Assembly (NCBI RefSeq): GCF_006345805.1
Contig: NW_021832510.1
Location: forward strand, 1-31,882
Source: Octopus sinensis
Lineage: Eukaryota
Reading direction: 5' to 3'
Length of the DNA stretch: 31,882 nt
Below are positions 11,424-23,171 of the stretch, piece after piece (position 1 is the first letter of the stretch; each line of letters starts with the position of its first letter). The notes under the pieces were generated by a model. It had not been told where the DNA came from, did no database searches, and saw only the letters and a list, made by a program, of their open reading frames with translations. The position numbers and the translations under genes were made by a program.

Positions 11424-14337
11424 ACATCAGAGGACTGCTAACACTCAGTAACAGGACAAAAATCCCGTTCTTGAGAGACTTTGTTGCATGCAATCAAGCC
11501 TTATGCATAGCACTTACGGAAGCACACCTGAAACCGGATATAGCAGATGCGGAAATACACATACCACAGTATGTTGTACTACGGACCGACAGAAAAGAAA
11601 GGAGTCAAGGAGGAGTTGCTATGTACATCCGTGAGGACCTCACACCCCAGGTCCTTTTGTCATACTCAAATTCGGTGTGTGACGCACTAATTGTACATAT
11701 AAGGCAACTTGGTGTAGTTATATGTGCTACATATCGCCCTCCAGATGCCCCAAGCCATGTAGGCAAGTTTGAAGACTGCCTTATAAGAATGGAATAAGTT
11801 CTAATCATATCAGAACAACACATAAGTGTACTTCTTATGGGAGACTTCAATCTACCCAATGTCAGATGACCCGAGTGCCTTTTTCTCCCAGGAATGACAC
11901 GATGTGAACGAGGACAGGCGAGGTCCCTCCTGAACCTCATCAACACTCTGTACATGGAGCAAGTAATACTCCAACCAACCAGGGCAGGTAACATACTGGA
12001 TCTCTGCTTCACAAATAATATGGATCTCATCCATAATGTGAAAGTGACACCGACACTACTCTTGGATCACAACATGGTAGAGCTGACCATGTACGGGCCA
12101 AAGGAAAGCATGGACATGCAGCCTACAAGAAACTCTCAGAATCTTTCCAGCTTGAACTTCCATAAGGCAAACTGGAAACAATTTGAGAAAGAGATCCTCA
12201 AACAAAACTGGCCTGAATGTCTCTCCTCGCCAGACATCGACGTGAAACTTCAACAATTCACGTCTGTAATGCAAGCCATATGCTACAAATGTGTCCCAGA
12301 GAGAAAGGCCACTGTACACAAGAGCAAATCCCCAGAGAGAGGAAATTTTAATGAGACGCGTACAAAAATTTCAAATCGCCTAAACAAACAAATTGAAAGC
12401 AGTGAAAAGTTCCGCCTGAAAATAAAACTGTTGGAAATTGAAAAATATCTGCAACTCTCCCATGAAAAAGAAAGAGCAGACAAAGAAGCCTGAGCTATAG
12501 ACAACATACAATCTAACCCCAGAGATTTTTACAGGTATGCCAAAGAAACAGCTACGGTACACTGTAGGATAGCACACTCACAGGAAATCCAATGAGGATA
12601 AGTGAAATACTAAATGAGCAATTCAAGAGTATTTTCACTCCACCCCTAGGGCATTTTCAAGTCAGCAATCCAACTGACTTCTTTACCACTGCAGATATAA
12701 AATCAGTGGCACGATGATTGATTACATCAATATAAAGGATGACGATGTAATAACGGCTATATGAAATGAAAACAACCTCAGCTACTGGCCCCGATGGATT
12801 CCCAGCATCCTTCTAAAGTATGTAAGAGAGTCCTAGCAAGACCACTGCAGTTCCTCTTTCAGACTTCCTTGCAGCTGGCAAACTTCCAAGAAATCTGAAG
12901 GAAGGTAAATGTGCCCTATTCATAAAGGAGGTAGCAGAGCGGAGGCCAAGACTACAGACCTATCTCTCTGACCTCACACATCAGCAAGGTCATGGAACGA
13001 ATAGTCAGAAGGAAACTGATCACCTTCTTGAAGAAAATGACTTGCTGCCTGACACTCAACATGGTTTCCGACCAGGAAGAAGCTGCTTAACTCAGCTCCT
13101 ACAATACTATGACTGGGTGCTGAAACGACTGCTCAACCACTCAAATGTGGAAGTCATATATCTCGACTTCGCAAAGGCCTTTGATAAAGTCGATCATCGA
13201 ATGATATGTCACAAACTGCATGATCTTTGCATAGTTGGAAAATTGGGAGAATGGCTTCATGACTTTCTGAAGGATAGAAGTCAGGTGGTAGTAGCCAATG
13301 GGGCTACTTCTATTAACACGCAAATAGTGAGCAGTGTTCCGCAAGGCACTGTTTTGGGACCCCTACTGTTCATAATGGCCCTCTCAGACATGCCCTCAGC
13401 CACGCAGAGAGCCACGATCACAAATTATGCAGATGATACAAAAGTTTCACAGGCAATACAGAACCCTGAAGACACTAAGCACCTGCAATGTGAGCTGGAC
13501 AAAATATACAAGTGGGCTGAAAAAGAATAGCATGCAGTTCAATGCTGAAAAGTTTCAAGCTTATACTATCAGCATGCAAAACTAAATGCAATACCCAATA
13601 AATACACTGGACCTGGAGGGATTACAATCCCAGAGGCACAATCAGTGCGAGACCTGGGTATTTACATGAGTGATGATGCAACCTTTTATGTGCATGTTGC
13701 TAAATTGGCAATGAAATGTAGGCGGCTGACCGGATGGATTCTTAGAACCTTTAGAACAAGAGACCAGGAAACCATGATGGTCTTCTGGAGGACACTTGTC
13801 CTAAGCCACTTTGACTATTGCTCTCAGCTATGGTCACCATCCAGTGTCAAGTTAATCACAGAACTTGAGGCGATCCAACGAAGCTACACGAAGAAGATAG
13901 CCTCTGTGCAGCATATAAGCTATTGGGAAAGACTGAAGAGATTCAGACTCTATTCCTTAGAGCGTAGGCGAGAAAGATATGCCATAATATACATCTGGAA
14001 GATCCTAGAAGAACTTATCCCAAACTTTGGCATCGAGAGTTACACAAATGCCAGAACTGGGCGCCACTGCGTGGTGCCTAGGACTCCAAATTTGCCATCA
14101 AGATGTAGGACAAGATACTGTGATAGCCTGGGCTTCCGAGGCCCACAGCTCTTCAATATCCTCCCGAAGAACCTAAGAGACCTGCATGGGGTGGATGCAG
14201 ATGGCTTTAAAATAAAACTGGATCTCTTCTTGTTAGGTGTCCCAGATGAACCAACTTCACGGCAGGAGGTGCAGATGAGGGCAGCTGCATCGAACTCTCT
14301 CATGCACCAAATGGTAATTGCTAAAAAGCATTCGTGA
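11411..14337 (+). pseudogene. LINE ORF2 (APE endonuclease + reverse transcriptase), fragmented
   Basis: MLLLNIRGL, IALTEAHL, RSQGGVAMYI, YRPP (APE); QHGFRPGRSCLTQLL, YLDFAKAFDKVDH, VPQGTVLGPLLF, YADD (RT); DYCSQLWSP...SLERRRER (CR1-type C-terminus); stops at 11795, 12491 and 13528 plus frameshifts. Confidence 0.92.
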
Positions 14338-14429
14338 AGTAAAACCATGTAGCAACACCAAGTGGCGGTGCCCCAGCATGGCCACAGCTTGTGAGCTGAA
14401 ACTAGATAAAAATGATAATAAAAAAATAA

Positions 14430-14690
14430 CTATTTTACTTTGCATAAAACTTTAACCATATTGGTATTTCTGGCTCTGATTTTTAAAGTATTCTAGTGTG
14501 TCAACATTTTAACAAAATGATGGTACCTTTTTTAATTATAATGTTACTTTGTAAAATTAAAATGCCGAAAACAGAGTGTGTTACATATCTCAGGGCTCCA
14601 ATAATTACAGGTATAAACCTGAACTTGTAATCTGGATAGAGTAACTGAAGATTTCTCAATAGTTCAGCATAGGTGTTCTTTTTTGCACTG
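14430..14690 (-). mobile_element. 3' end of an R4/Dong-like (restriction-like endonuclease) LINE
   Basis: Minus-strand translation KKNTYAELLRNLQLLYPDYKFRFIPVIIGALRYV...KGTIILLKC matches the K..Y..L...L...IPVIIGALG...GT..I C-terminal signature of RLE LINEs (recalled, not searched). Confidence 0.7.
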
Positions 14691-14697
14691 ATGTATG

Positions 14698-14729
<32 letters not shown>

Positions 14730-14786
14730 TGTATGTATGTATGTATGTATGTATGTATGTATGTATGTATGCATGCATGCATGCAC

Positions 14787-14817
<31 letters not shown>

Positions 14818-14819
14818 TG

Positions 14820-14850
<31 letters not shown>

Positions 14851-14880
14851 GTATGTATGTATGTATGTATGCATGCATGT
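14691..14880. repeat. (ATGT)n tetranucleotide microsatellite
   Basis: Direct reading. Confidence 0.95.
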
Positions 14881-15479
14881 TCGATGCTATTATACAATAC
14901 TATGGCCTCGAATAAGGTGCCGTGCTCGGAGATGAATCTCTGATCTATGTAATTGTGATATGAGCTTCTTATCCAGAGAGCCATGTCCATAATATTTTCA
15001 ATATTCTTAAGTGAATTCCATTTACATAATTCAGTCATGAAAATATTTTCTACGCATGTACCTGACATATTGAACGAAGGATACTGATTCAATGTCTCTA
15101 TTTACTGCATCGATGAGTGTATAACTATGTGATAGCGTGTTGTTGGCACATAGATGGGTGCCATCGACTGAGTTAAATATCATTCCTGATAATCTATCTC
15201 GAATATTTGGTTGAAAAATATAACATAAAAAAACAGAAAGGATATATGTGAGATAGTGCTTGTTGCTTTACAGACGAAGTGTGATATTTCGAAATTTTCT
15301 TCTGGAGTATCTGAATATACATATTATTTGATACCTAGATTAATGTTATGGAAATACGAATGCATTATTGGGTGAGGTTTACTTATAAATTCAATAAACG
15401 TTATTAAACAGCATGTGCATTATTGTACATATAAAAAAATCAGATTTAGAGCTTCTTATTCGACTTAGTAAGCAAGCTC

Positions 15480-15870
<391 letters not shown>

Positions 15871-16114
15871 TAATAGACAATATCGAACGCACATACACAA
15901 GGCACGTGTTTTGCCAGTTGGTGGGCAGGCAAAACACATACCTTGTGTATGTGCGTTCGATATTGTTTATATCCCCTGGGCTACATCTCATTCATATTTT
16001 AATAATAAATAAAAAAAGACTTAGAGCTTCTTATGTATATATACATTTACATATATGCAAACATACATGCATATATACCATATGTTTTACACACACACAC
16101 ACATATATATATAT

Positions 16115-16379
16115 ATAGGGCGATTCAAAAGTTTCCATGCATAGGAAAAATTTATTTTTTTATAAGAAGCAGTTTATAAGATCCTCTAGATTCCCTCATC
16201 TGACCCCTCTTGATTTCTATCTTTGGGGTCATTTGAAAGGCATGGTGTATCGCATAAAGATAAACGACCTAAATCATTTGAATGAACGCATCACCAACTC
16301 CTTTGCACAAGTATCACCAGATGTGCAATTACGAGTTCACAATGAATGGGGTAAACGTATTGCAATGTGGATTCAAAAC
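16115..16379 (+). mobile_element. Tc1/mariner remnant (left TIR plus transposase C-terminus, internally deleted)
   Basis: TATAGGGCGATTCAAAAGTTTCC TIR-like start; RFPHLTPLDFYLWGHLKGMVY...RITNSFAQVSPD matches the mariner SPDLxPxDF-LWG motif region. Confidence 0.8.
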
Positions 16380-16718
16380 CAGAGGTTCTCAAACGTTTTG
16401 GGTCACCGTCCTCATTCATGGACGCATAATACCTTCAGCGCCATCACTCCTATTTTTATGTATAAATAAATATTTCATATTTTACTAATTCATATAAACT
16501 ATGAATCATTTGATATTTAATATATTATATAATTTGTATACAATACTATAATAATATTATAATAACTTCATAGCGTCCCCCAATTCGCTGCCTTCCTCCC
16601 AACGCCTCCTTTTTCTCTACCGCCGCCCACACCACCCACTTAGGCACAAGCGCCCACCTTGGACCGTCTCAACGCCCACGGGGGCTGCGGGTTGTAACGC
16701 CCACTTTGAGAACCTATG
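16380..16718. mobile_element. hAT-like MITE
   Basis: 14-bp TIRs CAGAGGTTCTCAAA / TTTGAGAACCTATG (1 mismatch); 8-bp flanks TTCAAAAC vs GTCTTAAC match at only 5/8. Confidence 0.7.
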
Positions 16719-17054
16719 GTCTTAACTGAACGGTTTTGTCAAATACAAACTAACCATGCGAGTCACCTTCCGCTCCTCTCGTAGATGCAAATGGATCCCT
16801 CCCTATACAAGACGGCAGTGAATAACTTTAGGGGTATATGGCTACTGTTTCTAGCAGGCCGTTGGAGCGTGTAGAGGCACATGTTACAATTCTTTTAGCT
16901 CTTGGTCGTTTTGGTATGGAGGTTTATGGTTGAATGACTTCGTTCATTTATTAATCATTGAATTCCGTATTTGCACTTGCTTACTGAATCCTGGTTTATT
17001 ATTCTTTTATTCCTGTATTCTGTTACTTATTCCGGTCACTGCAGTCATTGGACA

Positions 17055-17702
17055 TATATACATACGTATATACATACATAAATACAGAAACACAAACGTA
17101 CATACAAGCATACATACATTCGTATATACATATATATTTACATACATACATATACATGTATATATACATACGAATAAAAGAATAAAAGAATATATACATG
17201 TATGCATACATGCATAATACATACATACATACAAAAACACAAACGTACATACACGCATATATACATGTGTATATACATATACATTTACTTATACACGTAT
17301 ATACATATACACATACATAACTACAGATATACAAACGTATTTACATGCATACATACGTTCGTATATACATTTACGTACACACATATATACGTGTATATAC
17401 ATACATATATACTTGCATACATGCATAGAAACATACACACATACATACACACACATACATACAACACATACATATATACGTACACACTCATACATACGTA
17501 TACACATCCATCCATCTGTACATACATACAAACATACATACATACATACATACATACACGCATACATACATACATACATACATACATACATACATACATA
17601 CAGAAATAGATAGATACACACATACGTACATTCATGAATACATACATACATACATACATACATACATACACAGATACATACATACATACATACATACATA
17701 CA

Positions 17703-17736
<34 letters not shown>

Positions 17737-17820
17737 CAAACATGCATAGATACATACATACATACATACACATACATACATGCAATCATAGATACATATA
17801 TAGATACATACATACATACA
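17055..17820. repeat. (ACAT)n-rich degenerate microsatellite
   Basis: Direct reading. Confidence 0.92.
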
Positions 17821-19140
17821 TCCTCCTTACACTTATTTAAATCGAATCCAGAGCCTGGAATCTCACACAAACACTGACAAACACGTTCACGGTGGCCACT
17901 GGTTCTTCCACCCTTACAATACACCCGCCAACTCAATGCGCACACTAGTGGCTACACACTAACAAACACACATACAAAGACACCAATAAGGAGAAACGCG
18001 AACAAATGTCCTCAAGTCATGACAAATTATTCCATTACTCTTTAGCTGTCTTTTATTTCTAGTTGAACAGTAACAACGTGGAACCATTAAAACGGTGTCC
18101 AATTTAAATGCCACTTCCAGTTTATCTTTATCCGAAGCATTTACAAATCTTGCCAGAATTCTTCTGGTACCACGTTCATTGTGTTTTTCATTGAATCTCT
18201 CATTTTATTTCAGTAGAATTTGTTTTGATTAATCTTATTGGGGAAAGTCTCGGGAGAAACGATTTGAAAGAAAATAATATGAAAGGTATCAAAAACATAA
18301 AACATTTTTTGTTTTCGTTTGTTTTTTTCTCAGAGCTCACCTGCACTCACTGCCACGATGCTTGTGTATCACTCGTGAGAGGAATTCTTGATAAGGGATT
18401 CTAATAATAATTGACATTTTGTGTTGGAAAATAATCTGGAAAAGCGTCGAGTCATCACGGGGCATCAACACCGAATTTAATTGACCTTATACTGGTGTGA
18501 ACGAAAGCATATTCGTAAGTAAAGATCTCATTTAAAACTAAAAGAATATTCTGGAAATAATAATAATTTGTTTCGAATCGGCAGTATGTCATTATTGTAT
18601 AGGAAATCGTAAAGTTGATTGAATTTCATCAGGAGAATTACTGGTATTTATTGATCTTAAAGAATGATAGTGAATTTTAATGAAAGATAGTCAATCTAGA
18701 TATGTATGCCATTCATTCCGAAGACAGTGGAACATAGAACCACATATTGTTATCTGATTGTCTGCAACTGGTAGCAATTTCCCGAACTTAAATGGCATTG
18801 GTAATGAGTTATGTAGCATTAGTGAGAAATTAAGAGAGTAGAAGTAAGCACTAAGTGAATGGTGTTGAGAATTTGATTTCAATTCCCACTTTTGCCTTTC
18901 TATTGTGTCAAGTTATCAAAGACAATTGTATCAACCTTGAAACTAAAATATCGAATATTTTCCATTGATGTAAGAAATTAGTTAACATTATTGTTTATTT
19001 TTAATCTGCGTGTTTGTTACAGTCATTTGCTGATACACACCCAGTGTCCCGGGGCGAGTGAAGGATAAGAGATGTTATAGTATGACTGAAATCTTGAGGA
19101 GGGAAAGTAGCGAACTATCTTCATGGAATACAACACAAAT

Positions 19141-19142
19141 TA

Positions 19143-19196
<54 letters not shown>

Positions 19197-19221
19197 CGTC
19201 ATCATCATCATCATCATCAAT

Positions 19222-19259
<38 letters not shown>

Positions 19260-19263
19260 TATT
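19141..19263. repeat. Compound (ATT)n(ATC)n trinucleotide repeat
   Basis: Direct reading; source of the poly-L/S and poly-D/N ORFs. Confidence 0.95.
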
Positions 19264-19264
19264 A

Positions 19265-19445
19265 AGGCAGCGAGCTGGCACAATCGGTAGCGTGCTGGAC
19301 GAAATGTTTAACGGTATATCGCCCGTCGCTACGTTCTCAGTTCAAATTCCACGGAGATCGACTTTGCCTTTCATCCTTTCGGGGTCGATAAATTAAGTAC
19401 CAGTGAAACACTGGGGTTGATATAACCGACTAGTCCCTTCCCCAA
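19265..19445 (+). mobile_element. tRNA-derived SINE, family C
   Basis: AGGCAGCGAGCTGGCACAATCG...CAGTTCAAATTCC...GACTTTGCCTTTCATCCTTTCGGGGTCGATAAATTAAGTACCAG. Confidence 0.85.
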
Positions 19446-19524
19446 AAATGTTGGTACTTAAAGAGGTGCTGAATCGGTAAACCGATCTCAGTTTACAATT
19501 AAAACCAACTTCGGCATGTTTTTA

Positions 19525-19835
19525 TGGGTGCAGGTATAGTTGTATGGTTAAGAAGACGACTGCAATCACGTGGTTTTGTGCCCAGTCCATCTGCGCGGCA
19601 CCTTGAGCCAGTGTCTTCTGCTATAGCCGACCAATGCCTTGTGAATGAATTTGATAGGCACAAAGGGTGTAGAAGCCAATTGAAAATACATACATACATA
19701 TACACATACATGTATACATGCATGCATACATACATACATACATACATACATACACACTCACATATTTGTTCGACTAAACCCTTCAGTGTAGTGCTCCAGC
19801 ATGTCCAGCGTCAAATAACTAAAACATGTTAAAGA
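19525..19835 (+). mobile_element. SINE family A, old degenerate copy
   Basis: GGCACCTTGAGCCAGTGTCTTCTGCTATAGCC...GTGCTCCAGCATG. Confidence 0.65.
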
Positions 19836-19909
19836 CAAGTAGATCGAAAACAGAGTGAGAGAACGTTTCATATCAAAACGCCCCTCCTGAACTTCCGCTT
19901 CTTACAAAC

Positions 19910-20240
19910 GCGCATGGCTCAGTGGTTAGAGCGTCGAGCTTACGGTCTTGAGGTTGTGAGCTCGAATCCCGGACCGGGCTGCGTGTTGTGTTCTTGAGCA
20001 AGGCACTTTATTTCACGTTGCTCCAGTTCACTCAGCTGTAGAAATGAGTTGCGACGTCACTGGTGACAAGCTGTATCGACCTTTGTCTTTCCCTTGGATA
20101 ACACTGGTGGCGTGGAGAGGGGAGGCTGGTATGCATTGGCAACAGCTGGTCTTCCATAAAGAACCTCGCCCGGACTTGTGTCTAGGAGGGTAACTTTCTA
20201 GGTGCAATCCCATGGTCTGTGTCGTGACCGAAGGGGGTCT
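19910..20240 (+). mobile_element. tRNA-derived CORE-like SINE, family D, full length
   Basis: A box TGGCTCAGTGG, B box GAGCTCGAATCCC, CORE-like TTCTTGAGCAAGGCACTTT...CTCAGCTGTAGAAATG. Confidence 0.85.
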
Positions 20241-20244
20241 CCGA

Positions 20245-20468
20245 CTGCCCACAAGGAGCTAAACATAGAGGGGACAAACAAGGACAGACAAACGGATTAA
20301 ATCGATTATATCGACCCCAGTGCGTAACTGGTACTTATTTAATCGATCCCGAAAGGATGAAAGGCAAAGTCGACCTCGGCGGAATTTGATCCCAGAACGT
20401 AACGGCAGACGAAATACCGCTAAGCATTTCACGCGGCGTGCTAACGTTTCTGCCAGCTCATCACCTTT
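20245..20468 (-). mobile_element. SINE family C
   Basis: Reverse complement of the family C body; tail-to-tail with the family D copy. Confidence 0.88.
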
Positions 20469-21444
20469 ATGAGCGACGCGGCTCATATTATGGCGTTTTA
20501 TATGTATTAATTGCACACACTAGCGGTATGTCTTTCTATAATTTTACAAGAGAAGCAATACTTTTAGGAAATGCATAAAAGAGGTGCGGTGGGTAATAAT
20601 TTCCATGTGTAACACGTAAAATGTCGTGATGGCGGTTTATACCCGTAAAAGTTACAAAGGAAAGTTCTTTGATTAAATTTGAAAAAGAGTTCCAACGCTG
20701 CGGGGAGAACAGGAATCTAATGTTTCGTGACAGACACATCGTCTGGAAAAGAGAAACTTGTTTAAAAGTTGAAAAAGTTCTTTTCCCTTTGATATAAAGG
20801 GCCATTCACGAAACGTCAGATCCTTCTTCTTTCCATGAACTTTATGAAGTTTATAAGCATAAACGAACTGTAATAAAAATACTACTCACATTATAATTTT
20901 AATAACGACAGAAACAGTAAGTGTATTCTAAAACATATAACCTCATTTATCACTGATTCAGTCATGGCTGATCCGAGATAACACGGCGCGATTAATTGTG
21001 AACCATGTTTCTCTTAGGACGGATTATTCTATGATAACGCGGCTCGGCGATCAGTCCAAGTTTCTGTTTGTATTACAAAAATGCATCCCACTGACCACCC
21101 ACAATACTCAGCTACCCAGAATTCACTGACTATCCTGTGTGGTTCTATGACCGTGCTACAAGCTTGCGTGTTTTTGTTTTTTTTTAGAAATTTACGGTGC
21201 TCATACATATAAACTCGGGACCAATGAATAGAAAAAAAATATACAGTGCCTGGTCCTAACATACTCCGCAGGCAAGTGTATAATCTACCAGAAAAGGTAG
21301 AGATGAACTAGAAAATACATGGCAATGGAAGTGTCGTTGCAACGGGTCACAAGTTTGAAGTCGATGGACCTAATATTTGTTTCCATTTAGTGCGTAGATA
21401 CGATTCATTTATCACTGTTGTGATGAACGTATATATGTATATGT

Positions 21445-21804
<360 letters not shown>

Positions 21805-22160
21805 AAAGAAAACAAAATGGAGATTGGGAAGTTATAATCCCCAATCTTTTAAAAATAAGCAAAAAAAAAAAAAAATCAAGTCCACCGCATTAAGTAAAAT
21901 TTATATTGGAATTGAAGGATAATAGGATAATAACATTGAAATTGAAATTAAGTGGGATATTATTGCTGAGGCAATGACTTATAAAATTAATAACAAGAAA
22001 TGCAATTTATGCATCACAGAAGCCTTAAAAACACTTACTTCTAGGAATGCCCTACTTAACTTACGAAATGAGAAAATTTATCTTGTGTTCATGTGGGAAA
22101 ATATGTGTTCTCTAAATTTAAGTATTTGATAAATATGCAATTAAATTATGGAATAGTATA
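21805..22160 (+). pseudogene. Penelope-like element, C-terminal GIY-YIG region fragment
   Basis: With frameshifts: KWRLGSYNPQSFKN...KSTALSK, IEIKWDII...Y...KKCNLCITE...LLNLRNE, SCVHVGKY; matches the recalled PLE tail pattern T.LSK..W.LK...W.I...C.LC..E...LN.R.E...C.H. Confidence 0.7.
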
Positions 22161-22474
22161 ACTATATTACATAATATAACATAATATAATATGATGCAAC
22201 ATAATATAATATAAGCATTAATACCTGTTGAACATAAAGATGTGCTTCACACTGAAGAATTTGTTAAAACCCTTTGAAGCTGTAACTCTGCTAATATAGT
22301 TCTCTTCCTCAGAAACTTTTACTTAACTAATGAAATTCATTTCCCAAAATACTAGGTATTGAACCAGCATTTTTTGGATGAAACCATTCCTTCAAGAGGT
22401 TAACACATTCTTTAATTATATATATAATATATGTTTATACATACACACAAACACATACAACACGCGTAATATAT

Positions 22475-22510
<36 letters not shown>

Positions 22511-22513
22511 ATC

Positions 22514-22607
22514 TAGACAAAATGAGATAACAAAGCAAAGGCTGTGAGGAGTTTCTAAATGTCCTGAAGACTCCACACACCCCTTGGCTTTGTTATCTCA
22601 TTTGTCT
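22514..22607. repeat. ~94-bp fold-back (MITE-like) in a TA tract
   Basis: TAGACAAAATGAGATAACAAAGCAAAGGCTGTGAGGAGT vs reverse complement of the right arm TAGACAAATGAGATAACAAAGCCAAGGGTGTGTGGAGT. Confidence 0.85.
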
Positions 22608-22642
22608 AATACACACACGGACACACACACACACAGATATAT

Positions 22643-22688
<46 letters not shown>

Positions 22689-22853
22689 TATATATATATA
22701 TAAATTAGAAACAACCACCTTTTATCAATTCAAAATGAACAATTAATTACACCATCTAGAAAATTACATATAATAGAAAATTCAAATTAAAATAACCATA
22801 AATGTCAAAGATTAAGTAAATTGAAAAATAATAATTAATAACGTATATAATAT

Positions 22854-22956
22854 GTTAGAAAAACGACACGTGTTTCGTGGCTATATTTAAGAAATATTAT
22901 AGTAGTAAAGAAATCACTTCGATATAAATATAGTCGCTCATCAGGTTAAAAATAAC
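22854..22956 (-). ncRNA. Type I hammerhead ribozyme motif (HHR1)
   Basis: GUUA-uuuuu-AAC CUGAUGA GCGACUAUAUUU...AAAUAUAGCCAC GAAA CACGUG UC GUU-uuuc-UAAC: intact core, G10.1-C11.1 pair, 12-bp stem II with 2 mismatches, palindromic stem III, GUC triplet, stem I of 3+4 bp around an internal loop. Confidence 0.75.
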
Positions 22957-23130
22957 TAGAACCATAAAATAATTATTTACAAATATAAATTATATTATAT
23001 ATAAATATTATTCGAGACAAACCACTATTTGCAAACAAACAAGGAAAGACTTAATCATACATAAAATTTTAATAAATATCAAAAAAACCGCCATACAATC
23101 GTTTCTTGTCGACACTGAATTATTGGAAGT

Positions 23131-23171
23131 CCACCTGAAGATTGTCGATCAAACAAGAACGATTGTAATGG
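23131..23171 (+). ncRNA. Minimal hammerhead motif (HHR2)
   Basis: CCAC CUGAAGA UUGU-cgaucaa-ACAA GAA(A)C gauu GUA AUGG; one A of GAAA is missing here but present in the inverted arm; 2-bp stem III; C-A mismatch at the base of stem I. Confidence 0.5.

Larger units (their letters stand above)
10650..14428 (+). mobile_element. CR1/L2-group LINE, 5'-truncated and inactivated
   Basis: ORF1 remnant, APE endonuclease, RT, C-terminal domain, then a short 3' UTR with stem-loop and A-rich tail; multiple stops and frameshifts; no clean TSD seen; 5' boundary approximate. Confidence 0.92.

Noticed and set aside
19910-19985. tRNA-like sequences with A/B boxes (also at 2650-2723 and 25000-25071)
   Set aside because: No complete cloverleaf and each continues into a SINE body, so they are SINE heads rather than tRNA genes.
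20536-20920. Several open frames and splice-like signals on both strands
   Set aside because: Mutually incompatible candidates; no motif recognised.
22245-22295. CTGAAGA...GAAG possible hammerhead downstream of the PLE fragment
   Set aside because: Stems I and II do not pair and GAAA is mutated; at most a decayed relic.
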